Position numbers and translations under genes: made by a program
Origin: Armatimonadota bacterium
GTDB lineage: Bacteria; Armatimonadota; Zipacnadia; Zipacnadales; JABUFB01
Assembly (NCBI GenBank): GCA_013314775.1
Contig: JABUFB010000019.1
Location: 3,189 to 67,188, forward strand
DNA: 64,000 nucleotides
Reading direction: 5' to 3'
Notes under the pieces: generated by a model
Database searches by the model: none
What the model was told of the DNA's origin: nothing
Seen by the model: the letters and a program-made list of their open reading frames with translations, nothing else
Shown: piece by piece, positions 18,631 to 27,221 of the stretch
Position numbering within the stretch: position 1 is the first letter of the stretch
How the letters are laid out: each line of letters begins with the position of its first letter

Positions 18631-20949
18631 TCACTCATACACCCGAACCTGGTAGACCCGGGCCCCGAAGCCTTCGCCGTTTGCCGCGACAATCCGCAGC
18701 CGCAGTCGCTCGGTGTCAACTGGCCCGAACCGGTGTTCCCGCACTCGTCGGTAGTTCCCGTCCACCCGCACCAGCGTCTGCCAGTCACCGTCGACCAGCG
18801 CCTCCAGGGCGTAATCACGCACGCACATTTCAGATACGCGCTTTCCCACGTGCCACGGGTATTCGGCACTCGTGCGGTGGAGTGTGTCGAACACCAAGGC
18901 CACCCGGGACACCCGCACCGGTGCCTCCCACGCCAGCACCAGGTCCTGTGGCAGGCCATCTTGCGGTCGGGACATCCACATGTTCGTCGGGCCCCTGCTG
19001 AACCGACGGTGGAAACCGTTGGCGACTTGCCGCGCTTCGCCCACCATCGGCGCCGGATGCAGCCGGAAGGCTCCCATGCACCCGACACGTTTCCACTGGG
19101 CTCCCTGATGGCTGTGCTCGATCATTTCCGCGATCTCGCAGTCTTCCTGCGCCACTGCCCAATAGACATCGGGGTTCTGACCCACGGTGATCAGCAGCTG
19201 GTCGTCATCAGACGCTGCGTCTTTCGCTGCGGTCTCCAGCCCATCCAGCGGTATTGATTGCCAACCCTCGTGCCCCGCGGGCACGGTTACGGACCCGAGC
19301 CAGATCGTCTTCAGCGCCTGGTCCCGCAGGTCCTCCCAGCCGTGCCGATGGAAGTCATCCAGACTCTTCCACCGCGGCTCACGCTTTGTTCTCAGGACCG
19401 TCACCGGCAGCGCCTGGTCCTTGCCTGATGCGTTACGCAGGTACATCTCAGCCGCTCGCGGTCGCTCCGGCCAGTCGAACAGCATGATCCCCGCCGGAGC
19501 AATCAGCGGGATCAGCTGCCCAGGCTCCTGCGCGTTGAAGGATATTTCGCTCGTGGCCGTGACTTGCGCCTTCCGTGCCAGGTCATTTCCTGGTTCGAGC
19601 GGAACGCACAGGATCGTGGCGTCCGCGTCGAGGATGGCCCGGCGCAGTCTGTCAATGTGCCTGCGACCGATCTCCCGGGGTGTGCAGGACAGCTCACAAC
19701 ACATGGCTGCCGCCTGCCCGATTGCCTGCCCGATCGCGGCCCCGCTGCCCATGATGCGCGTGCTTGAATGGGCCAGATGAGTTGCGCTGATGAGCCGGCC
19801 TCCCATGAGCAGGTTGTCGATATTCCGCGAGTAGCAGCACCGGTACGGGATCCCGTACTGCGGCGGGATGCTAATGCCGAAGATGTTGCTGCCTTCACCC
19901 AGCGGCTTGTGATCGTCCAGGTCATGGCCGCCGTAGGCGATGTCGTCCTCGAAACGCCTGCCTTCTTCCAGGTCGGTCTGGGTCAGCACATAGTCGCCCA
20001 GGAGTCGCCGGCTCTCGCGCTTGCCTGCCTTGGGGCTAACCCAGAGGATGTCCCAGTTCCGGGTTTCCTCACGGTGCGGCCCGTTTTTCAGATGATCCCA
20101 CTCGGCCCACAGCTGCTTCAGCAGCATCTCGTAGATCAGGGCGTCATCGCGCACCGTGTCCAGGTGCCCACCGGTCTCGGTCACGTACAGGAAGAAGATC
20201 CCGGATGGCCGATTGAACCACCCATCATGGTGGCGCACGAAGGAGGACAGCTGCCCGTGCCAGACCCGCGGGATGAACTCCGGGGTTCCCTCTGGCGGCA
20301 CAAATACCACCTCTTGCTCCGTACGGTGAGCGATGGCGACCAGGCTTGTGCCCTGCACCAGGTTGCTGCGCTCGGCCGGCGCGGACCGTTCGCCGTATTC
20401 GGACTGCGCCTCAGTGCCGAAGTCGTAATCCGCTCCGGCAAGCGCTCCGATTTCCCCATCCCCTGAAGCCTCGATGACGCAGTGGCGGACGCCAATGCGC
20501 ACCCTCCGAAACGCGCCCGTGTCCTGGCAGATCACCGCGCTGATCCGCGTTCCGTCCATCTCCGGCGCCACCGCGCAGTGGCGCTTCAGCACCCGCACTC
20601 CGGCCCGTTCAAGAGCAGCCTGCACGATGGCCTCAAACCGCCGCGAGATGTGATAGCCCATGCTCCCGCGCCCGGTCTTTGTGTACGCGTCCACCCAGCA
20701 CGCTTCTTCACGCAATTCCTGGATGATCCCGGTCTCCACGGCGTAAGGGTTGTAGCGTTCGGCGCCGGTGATGCCCACTCCCAGGTCCGGCCCGGAATTG
20801 CCGCCGAGCACCGCGTCCTTCTCGATCAGCACCGTGTCACAACCACACCGCCCGGCCTGTATCGCCGCGCAGTAGCCCGATGGACCGGACCCAATCACCA
20901 GCACATCGCAGTCGATGGTCGCTTCGGAGGGAATGTCATTGATCATCAT
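18631..20949 (-). CDS. FAD-dependent oxidoreductase (FAD_oxidored type) with a C-terminal discoidin-like domain
   Basis: VIGSGPSGYCAAI, LIEKDAVLGGNSG, GKRESRRLLGDYVLT, YGIPYRC.YSRNIDNLLMGGR. Confidence 0.85.
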   Translation of the reverse strand: MMINDIPSEATIDCDVLVIGSGPSGYCAAIQAGRCGCDTVLIEKDAVLGGNSGPDLGVGITGAERYNPYAVETGIIQELREEACWVDAYTKTGRGSMGYHISRRFEAIVQAALERAGVRVLKRHCAVAPEMDGTRISAVICQDTGAFRRVRIGVRHCVIEASGDGEIGALAGADYDFGTEAQSEYGERSAPAERSNLVQGTSLVAIAHRTEQEVVFVPPEGTPEFIPRVWHGQLSSFVRHHDGWFNRPSGIFFLYVTETGGHLDTVRDDALIYEMLLKQLWAEWDHLKNGPHREETRNWDILWVSPKAGKRESRRLLGDYVLTQTDLEEGRRFEDDIAYGGHDLDDHKPLGEGSNIFGISIPPQYGIPYRCCYSRNIDNLLMGGRLISATHLAHSSTRIMGSGAAIGQAIGQAAAMCCELSCTPREIGRRHIDRLRRAILDADATILCVPLEPGNDLARKAQVTATSEISFNAQEPGQLIPLIAPAGIMLFDWPERPRAAEMYLRNASGKDQALPVTVLRTKREPRWKSLDDFHRHGWEDLRDQALKTIWLGSVTVPAGHEGWQSIPLDGLETAAKDAASDDDQLLITVGQNPDVYWAVAQEDCEIAEMIEHSHQGAQWKRVGCMGAFRLHPAPMVGEARQVANGFHRRFSRGPTNMWMSRPQDGLPQDLVLAWEAPVRVSRVALVFDTLHRTSAEYPWHVGKRVSEMCVRDYALEALVDGDWQTLVRVDGNYRRVREHRFGPVDTERLRLRIVAANGEGFGARVYQVRVYE

Positions 20950-20991
20950 GGTACCTCGCTGAGTTCCTGCGTAGCGCTTCCGCGGTCACAG

Positions 20992-21021
20992 AAAAGCGCC
21001 CGCCTGTGACTGACGGGCGCT
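20992..21021 (-). terminator. Intrinsic terminator after the kaiC-like fusion gene
   Basis: AGCGCCCG...CGGGCGCT hairpin followed by TTTT on the minus strand. Confidence 0.6.
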
Positions 21022-21049
21022 CAGTTCGCGCGCTTGCCCAACTTCTTGG

Positions 21050-23725
21050 CTATCTGCCCAGTGCCTCGTCGATGATATGGCGAATACTGGCCAACATCGC
21101 CTCAACTGCGGCCTCGGGCTCCGCATGGCCCTGGAGTACCGGGTATATGTGGCTCTGGATGGCGCGGCTTACCCTCTGATAGTCAGGGATGCGCTCTCGG
21201 GTTCTCGCGCTTGCGAGGATCTGCTTGAGCTCGCGGTAGTGGGGCTGGAAAGCCAGGATTTCCTGGTCGTCGTAGAGCGCCTTGAGAGTGGGCAGTGGTC
21301 CGCCACGCAGCGCCCGTTCCTTCTGGATCTCGTAGCTGCTCATGAATCTGATGAAGTCCCGCGCGGTGGAAGGCGCCAACGCGCCTCGCGGAACAGCGTA
21401 GTGCCACCCGCCCAGGAAACTGTGGCTCTCGGTGCCCGATGGTCCCACCGGCGCAGGTGCAATGCCGACCTTGCCGCGCACCGCAGAATCTGTCTGCATG
21501 GCGGGCTGCATGACGCTCGGGAGCATCCAGAGAAACACCGTGCGCCCGGCCAGGAAGTTTTCCTGGGGTTCCACGCCGTGCCCGGGCGCCGTGATTTCCC
21601 GCGGCGTAACTGCGTGAACGTGGATCAGGTCTCGCATGAACCGGACCACTTCCAGCGCCTTCCCCGCGTCTAACGTCATCTCTCGGGTTGCATCGTCAAT
21701 GACCTGCCCACCGTTGCTCCACAGGTTCACAAGGAACGAGCTGCTGAGCCCCTCGTAGGTGAAGGCTGGGAACTCAAAACCGATCAGGTTCTCGTTGCCG
21801 GGCGCTGAACAGATGGTTTTCGCCTGGTCCACGAGTTCGTCCCAAGTGGCAGGGGGCGCCGAGAAACCGTGCTCCTGCAAGATGTCTCTGCGATACAGCA
21901 GCACTCCGCACAAAGCGATGGCGGGGACCGCATAAACCTCGCCGTCCACGAGGGCGGGCTCCACGACTCCTTCCAGGTGCTCTTCCCAGTCTCCCGGAGG
22001 AAAGATGTCGTTGAGGCTGGAGAGGCGGTCCGGCTGTATTACCCCAGGCATCCAGTACATGCACAGCGGCACCACGCTAAGGCTGGTCTGGCGCGCCGCC
22101 ATGGCCTGGACCACCACATCCCGCGCCTCGTCGGGGTTGTAAGGAATGCTCAGCGGAACTGGCTTCACGCGCGGCTGGATCTGGGCGAACCGTTCCAGCA
22201 GTTCTTCATTGAGTTTCTCGTCGAACTCCGAGAAACTGCGCACGGCCAGCTCGATCGGCACTGCCCGGGCAGCTCCGGCCATGAGCCCCTCGGTGCCCTC
22301 GAAGCGCCCGTGGACGGTGAGGCCTTTGTTGCTGATGGTGAAGCGCCGGATGCCCTTGTCATGGTCGCTGCCACGCAGTTTCAGGACTGACAGGGCGCGC
22401 TGGATTTCGCTCTCCATCTCCACGTACTTCAGTAGAATGATGCAGTCTACGATAATGGAGATGTGTTCGCCCGTGACTTGCGTCTGCCCGAAAACTTCGG
22501 GCACCTCCGCGATCAGCAGGCTCGTGACGCCCCGATCTTCCAATGCGTCGCCCACCGCGTAGACAAGCTCTCGAAGGCCGTCCTCCTGGGTCGCGCCCAT
22601 CTGCAGGTCGGTGAGCGAGTCAATCACAACCCGCTTCGCCCCGAGTGTGTCCACCTGCTCCTTGAGGTCATGAATGAACTTCTCCGGGCGCGTATCCAAG
22701 GGCGAGCAGTACACCACCTGGATCAGGCCCTGATCCTGGTATTCCCGCAGGGGCAGGCCGTAGCTCTGCGCGATCTCCGTGAGCTTGACCGGCGACTCCT
22801 CGAAGCTTACATACAGGCTTTTCTCACCGAGGCCGGCCCCCTGGCTCACGAACTGCAGGCCCACAGTAGTCTTGCCCACGCCTGCGCTTCCGGCAACCAG
22901 CGTGGAGAAGCCGCAGATCAGCCCTCCGCCCAGCATCTCGTCGAGGCCGCGAATACCCGTAGGAGTTCGGCAAAGGCCTCGGGCCCAGGCAAGGCCCTCG
23001 CGCTTTGACGGCTGGTGCCTGGGATAGACCGCGGCGCCGCGGTCGGTCAGCTCAAGCATGTGCTTGCCGGGAACGTGCGGCGCGCCCCGGCTCTTGAGCA
23101 CTTCCACGTATCGCCGCCGCTGATTGTGGCTGAAGGTGTCGTATCGCAGCCGCACGACGCAGTCTGCAAGAAACTCTTCGAAGGGCACGCAATCGGTGTC
23201 GAAGCTCTCGAGTTCCTTGGTGATGACCGACGTGAGCCCCGCTCTGCGCAGCCCGTTCATCATCCCATAAACCGCAGCCCGCAGATGTCCCGGTTCGCGG
23301 CCCATCTGGCTGAAGTGCGAGACGCTGTCCATCAGCAGCCGCGTGGCGCCGATCTCGGCAACGGTCGCCTCCACGATTCCGCCCACATCCTGAAGCTGGT
23401 CCAGGAAAACCTCGGGGGACGTGCAGATGATTCGCAGTTTGCCCTCTGCCTCGAGTTGTGCCAGGTCCCACCCGAAGTTGAGTGTGTCCTGCTTGAGCTG
23501 GCGGGGGAACTCTTCGAAGGTGACGATGATGCCCGGGTTGCCGGACATCGCCGAGTGGTAAATGAACTGCAGCCCGACTGTGGTCTTTCCCGTGCCCGGG
23601 ACGCCCTCGAGCAGACTGCAGCTTCCCTCCCGAAAACCGCCGGAGAGCAGCTCATCCAGTCCCGGGACGCCCGTACTGATCGCTCTAGCTGTCACTTGCT
23701 GTCGCTCCTGGCTGTGGGGGGCCAT
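21050..23725 (-). CDS. KaiC-family double RecA-type ATPase fused to a C-terminal sugar-type (family 1) solute-binding domain
   Basis: CI: STGVPGLDELLSGG, GVPGTGKT, TFEE, MDS, LKSRG. CII: TGIRGLDEMLGGG, GSAGVGKT, SFEE, IDS, HISIIVDCIILLKYVE, LKLRG. From about residue 490: DGEVYAVP...LLYRRDILQEHG..PPATWDEL, FLAGR, LGGWHYAV. Confidence 0.9.
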   Translation of the reverse strand: MAPHSQERQQVTARAISTGVPGLDELLSGGFREGSCSLLEGVPGTGKTTVGLQFIYHSAMSGNPGIIVTFEEFPRQLKQDTLNFGWDLAQLEAEGKLRIICTSPEVFLDQLQDVGGIVEATVAEIGATRLLMDSVSHFSQMGREPGHLRAAVYGMMNGLRRAGLTSVITKELESFDTDCVPFEEFLADCVVRLRYDTFSHNQRRRYVEVLKSRGAPHVPGKHMLELTDRGAAVYPRHQPSKREGLAWARGLCRTPTGIRGLDEMLGGGLICGFSTLVAGSAGVGKTTVGLQFVSQGAGLGEKSLYVSFEESPVKLTEIAQSYGLPLREYQDQGLIQVVYCSPLDTRPEKFIHDLKEQVDTLGAKRVVIDSLTDLQMGATQEDGLRELVYAVGDALEDRGVTSLLIAEVPEVFGQTQVTGEHISIIVDCIILLKYVEMESEIQRALSVLKLRGSDHDKGIRRFTISNKGLTVHGRFEGTEGLMAGAARAVPIELAVRSFSEFDEKLNEELLERFAQIQPRVKPVPLSIPYNPDEARDVVVQAMAARQTSLSVVPLCMYWMPGVIQPDRLSSLNDIFPPGDWEEHLEGVVEPALVDGEVYAVPAIALCGVLLYRRDILQEHGFSAPPATWDELVDQAKTICSAPGNENLIGFEFPAFTYEGLSSSFLVNLWSNGGQVIDDATREMTLDAGKALEVVRFMRDLIHVHAVTPREITAPGHGVEPQENFLAGRTVFLWMLPSVMQPAMQTDSAVRGKVGIAPAPVGPSGTESHSFLGGWHYAVPRGALAPSTARDFIRFMSSYEIQKERALRGGPLPTLKALYDDQEILAFQPHYRELKQILASARTRERIPDYQRVSRAIQSHIYPVLQGHAEPEAAVEAMLASIRHIIDEALGR

Positions 23726-24089
23726 CCGCTTCGCCCCCGTGCCGATCCTCTTGCTGCTGGCGCACCAGCATCATCAGGATCTCTTTGCGCGCCTCCAGAT
23801 CGTCGTGGTAAGCGTCGCTCACCAGGCACAGGAGGTTCCAGACCCACGGCTCTCTGGCCAGTGCGTAACAGGTGTACTTGCCGTCCGCCCTCACGTGCAC
23901 CTCAAGTAGCTTGTGCGCGGCGAGCCGCTCCAGGGCAGGGCGGATCTCATCTATTCCGCGGTGTGTGCGCAGCGCGATGCCCGAACACGTATCGAAAGTG
24001 CTCGGGTTCGCCTGGTAGAACAGCGCCACATCCAGCCCCACCATGGTGCGCGCCACGTCCCGGATGAACTTTCGTACCCTGTCGTCCAT
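23685..24089 (-). CDS. Small winged-helix-like protein coupled to the kaiC-like gene
   Basis: ATG at 24089 after GAGGA; 134 aa; FDTCSGIALRTHRGIDEIRPALERLAAHKLL...YTCYAL is an HTH plus wing pattern; overlaps the kaiC-like start. Confidence 0.7.
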   Translation of the reverse strand: MDDRVRKFIRDVARTMVGLDVALFYQANPSTFDTCSGIALRTHRGIDEIRPALERLAAHKLLEVHVRADGKYTCYALAREPWVWNLLCLVSDAYHDDLEARKEILMMLVRQQQEDRHGGEADGPPQPGATASDS

Positions 24090-24359
24090 CGCAATTCCTC
24101 TCGGCCCGCGACGGATGTTGCGCGCCCCGGCCCCAAATGGAGCCGCCCTTGCGGGTTTCTTCGCCATCCGTGTCTCCTATTCCTGCAAGATGTGCAGACA
24201 GACTTTTCCGGCCTCTATGGCTCAGGCCGTTGCGATCGCAGTGCTGATCTTATTCACCGCCAGTTTGCAGTTTTGTTCCGACCAACTTGTGTTTTCTGCC
24301 AATGAATCGGGGGTGAGAGCCATTTCGCAGACAAACTGTGGGACTTTTCCGTAGTGGTA

Positions 24360-24388
24360 TTGGCGGACAGGATCGGATACACTACAAT
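24360..24388 (+). promoter_or_regulatory. Sigma70-type promoter of the qatB-like/qatC unit
   Basis: TTGGCG-17 bp-TACAAT, about 48 bp upstream of ATG 24437. Confidence 0.55.
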
Positions 24389-24436
24389 AGAAGGGGGGGC
24401 GGCCCGCAAAGGTCACCGCGGACCGCCGGAAACCAC

Positions 24437-25723
24437 ATGGGCACATCGAGTTCACAACCGTCTCCCAGAAACGAACAGTGGCGTTATGTGCGGGACGCGT
24501 ACCGCGACGGCATCCGCGAACCGGCGGAGATTTCGCGGCGCATCGCTCTCGCGATCGGCACACCCGGCCGTCTTGCCATGGCGGACACGGGTCCCTCTAT
24601 GTGCCTGGACTCTCTCCTGCTCGGGGCTCGCAGGTATTCCGAAGACCCCCCGGCCCCCAGCTCCCCCCGGCCCCCGCTCCAGACCGTTGCCCGGCTGCGA
24701 TCTGACGCCGAATGGCGGCTGGCCCAGCAACACAGGGCTTCGCGATACACCGACATCGCACTCGATGCCCTGGGAGTGGCGGCCACCCGCGCGCTCGGGA
24801 TCGGGGAGGACCTTGACGCCCCCAATGCGAAATCACTCTCCCGTTACCTGGATGAAGAGCGCATGCACGAGCTGGCCGCGGAGTTCCTCGCGGCTGATAT
24901 CGACCGTTGCTTCCGATACTTCGTCGCCCGTGACATCAGCGAATTGGTGGGATCAGACTACCTGCCAACCGTTGGCCAGGCAGAGGAGTTTGCGCGCCAG
25001 GTCGCCCTTTTTTCCAGCCGTGCTACAGTCGGCGCGATATGTGCCGATGATGAGTCCAGGATCCAGGACGCTGTCAGGCGTTCCGGCGACCAGGAACGCC
25101 TCGCGGTCGTCGGCGAACTCCTGAAACAGGGCATCGACCGCAGCCTCGAGCGAATCTGTGTTGCGTCGGGGCGGGAGGGCACCGGCCGCAGTCATGCGCG
25201 CGGAAGTGCGGGTCCACCAGGCGATGATGACGACGCCGCACACACGCCGGCGCTCCGGCTCATAGACGATGACCAACGTGAGCCGGGGCGCGACTACCTG
25301 CCCGTGTACTCTCTGGAAGCGGCGGCGGGGTACTTCGGCGAAGGGCAGCCTGTTGAGAGCCTGGGGTACGTGCAAGCCCCGCCGGGGCTGCGCCTGTGTG
25401 ACGGGCTCTTTGTGGTGCGCATTCGGGGGCGCTCGATGGAACCCAGGATCCCCGATGGAAGCTATGCGGTCTTCCGCACACCTGTTGTGGGGTCCCGCCA
25501 GGGCAAGATCGTTCTCGCCCAGCGGCGCGGGTACCACGACCCGGACACCGGGGGAAGCTACACGGTGAAACGGTATGAAAGTGCCAAGACCGTAAGCGAA
25601 GACGAGTGGAGCCACACCATGATCCGCCTCGTGCCTGAGAACCCGGAGTATGAACCGATCGAGATCCGGGGAGACAGCGCGGACGAACTGGCGATTATCG
25701 CCGAGTTCGTGACCCTGCTGTAG
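24437..25723 (+). CDS. QatB-like protein (MGTS N-terminus) fused to a LexA/S24 peptidase domain
   Basis: The upstream GTG (24338) lies before the promoter, so ATG 24437 is the likely start (MGTSSSQPSP). Helical middle region. C-terminal LPVYSLEAAAG, VRIRGRSMEP, SYTVKRY, LVPENPEYEPI. Confidence 0.7.
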   Translation: MGTSSSQPSPRNEQWRYVRDAYRDGIREPAEISRRIALAIGTPGRLAMADTGPSMCLDSLLLGARRYSEDPPAPSSPRPPLQTVARLRSDAEWRLAQQHRASRYTDIALDALGVAATRALGIGEDLDAPNAKSLSRYLDEERMHELAAEFLAADIDRCFRYFVARDISELVGSDYLPTVGQAEEFARQVALFSSRATVGAICADDESRIQDAVRRSGDQERLAVVGELLKQGIDRSLERICVASGREGTGRSHARGSAGPPGDDDDAAHTPALRLIDDDQREPGRDYLPVYSLEAAAGYFGEGQPVESLGYVQAPPGLRLCDGLFVVRIRGRSMEPRIPDGSYAVFRTPVVGSRQGKIVLAQRRGYHDPDTGGSYTVKRYESAKTVSEDEWSHTMIRLVPENPEYEPIEIRGDSADELAIIAEFVTLL

Positions 25724-25858
25724 GAGTAAGGGCGCCGTCACTTTCCTTCCGCATGGCCACGCGGGTACCTGCGCGGGACGGGGACGGGGCTCGCCGCAAG
25801 CCACCATACATACGGGGGACCCAGTGCGAGCTGGGACTCTGCCCGGGGGGACAATCGG

Positions 25859-27214
25859 TTGCCTGACAGGTTCGTCGTCGCGCACAGTGCCCAGGGGGGC
25901 AGTGGCAAGTGCGCGCCGGGGGGCAACGAGACACTTGTTCTTGACTGGACCTCGGCCCGGCGCAACGCTATCTGTGACCCGTCGATGTTGCTGGGAGCCT
26001 GCGGCGGAAGGCTGACTGCTCCGCTGCAGGACCTGCTCGACATCGCAACCGCCATCTATCTTGCCGATGTGGCGGCATTTCGCGGTGCCCACGAGGAATG
26101 GGTGCGCCACTTGCACCTGACCATACCCGTCCTCGAGCCCACCTTCTGGCAAGCGCAGACCCCCGATCTGCAGCACCTTCTGTACAGTCTGACCCGGGAC
26201 TCCTTTACATTCCACTTCCTGCAAGCGGACCGGGATCGTTCCGAGGACTGCCGGCAGCACGCCCTGCCCGGCCATCCGGATTGCGTATCACTTCTGTCAG
26301 GGGGTCTGGATTCTCTGGCTGGCGCGGTTTCGCTTCTTCGGGCGGGACGCAGGCCCCTGCTCGTGAGCCACCAGTCTGCGAACCCCGTTGTGCAAACCGC
26401 GCAGCGGCGGCTTGTGGCAACGCTGGAAACCCACTGGCCCGGTGGAGCACAGTGGGCAGGGGTTCGGGTGACGCCCGGGAGCTACGGCGTCGAGGCCCGG
26501 CCCTTCCCTCCGCCCGAGGAGCGCGAGCCGTCTCGCCGGGCCCGACCTGTGCTCTTCCTGACACTCGGCGCCATCGCCTCACACTGCCTGGGCACCTCCG
26601 AGGTCTACATGTGTGAAAACGGGGTGCTCACCGCGGCCTTGCCCCTCACTCCGGCGCGCATTGGCGGCATGTCCACCCGGAGCACCCATCCCGTGACTAT
26701 CAAGCTCTTCTCGGAACTCCTCCAGAAAGCCGGGGTGTGCACAAGCTATCTGAACCCCTTCATGTTCCAGACCAAGGGTGAAGTGGTGCGCACATTCCTC
26801 AAGCCCGTGCTTGCGCCGCAGGAGATCGCACAGTCCGTCTCCTGCTGGATGGCGGGGAGGTTCGTGCGCCCATGTGGGGGATGCGTGCCGTGTCTATTGA
26901 GACGCATTGCGCTGCTCGCGGCTGGTTTGCCTGACGAGGCCTGCATCAACGACGTCTTGCGCGATCCCGAGCAGTACCGGGGCACAGATGCCTTCGGCAA
27001 TCTCGCGGACCTGCTCACCCAGGCTGCAACATTCCTGGGCAAGACCGACCTGGAACTCCTCCTGGAGTACCCGCAGTTCGCGGACCTCATCTCCGCCGAC
27101 GTGCCGGTCCAGGATGTCCTGCGCACCATGAAAAGACACGCGGCCGAGGTCCTGAACGTCTGTGACGCTCACTTCCCGGCGGCAGCGAGGATGCTCCACA
27201 CCACGGTTTTCTGA
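25859..27214 (+). CDS. qatC: QueC-family (PP-loop) enzyme of the QatC type
   Basis: DLLDIATAIYLAD..R....WVR.LHLTIPV..P.FW N-domain, SGGLDS, ENG, PLTPARIGGMSTRSTHP, NPFMFQTKGE, SC...CGGCVPCLLRR zinc site. At 451 aa it is about twice the length of canonical QueC. Confidence 0.8.
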   Translation: MPDRFVVAHSAQGGSGKCAPGGNETLVLDWTSARRNAICDPSMLLGACGGRLTAPLQDLLDIATAIYLADVAAFRGAHEEWVRHLHLTIPVLEPTFWQAQTPDLQHLLYSLTRDSFTFHFLQADRDRSEDCRQHALPGHPDCVSLLSGGLDSLAGAVSLLRAGRRPLLVSHQSANPVVQTAQRRLVATLETHWPGGAQWAGVRVTPGSYGVEARPFPPPEEREPSRRARPVLFLTLGAIASHCLGTSEVYMCENGVLTAALPLTPARIGGMSTRSTHPVTIKLFSELLQKAGVCTSYLNPFMFQTKGEVVRTFLKPVLAPQEIAQSVSCWMAGRFVRPCGGCVPCLLRRIALLAAGLPDEACINDVLRDPEQYRGTDAFGNLADLLTQAATFLGKTDLELLLEYPQFADLISADVPVQDVLRTMKRHAAEVLNVCDAHFPAAARMLHTTVF

Positions 27215-27221
27215 TCAGTGC

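Noticed and set aside
21050..23725. A bona fide circadian clock (kaiABC)
   Set aside because: No kaiA or kaiB, the T432 equivalent is Ile, and an SBP domain replaces the C-terminal tail.
24437..25723. LexA or phage CI repressor, implying a prophage
   Set aside because: No N-terminal HTH and no phage genes around it.
25859..27214. Housekeeping queC for queuosine synthesis
   Set aside because: About twice the canonical length, with a QatC-type N-domain and an MGTS partner upstream; no queD/E/F nearby.
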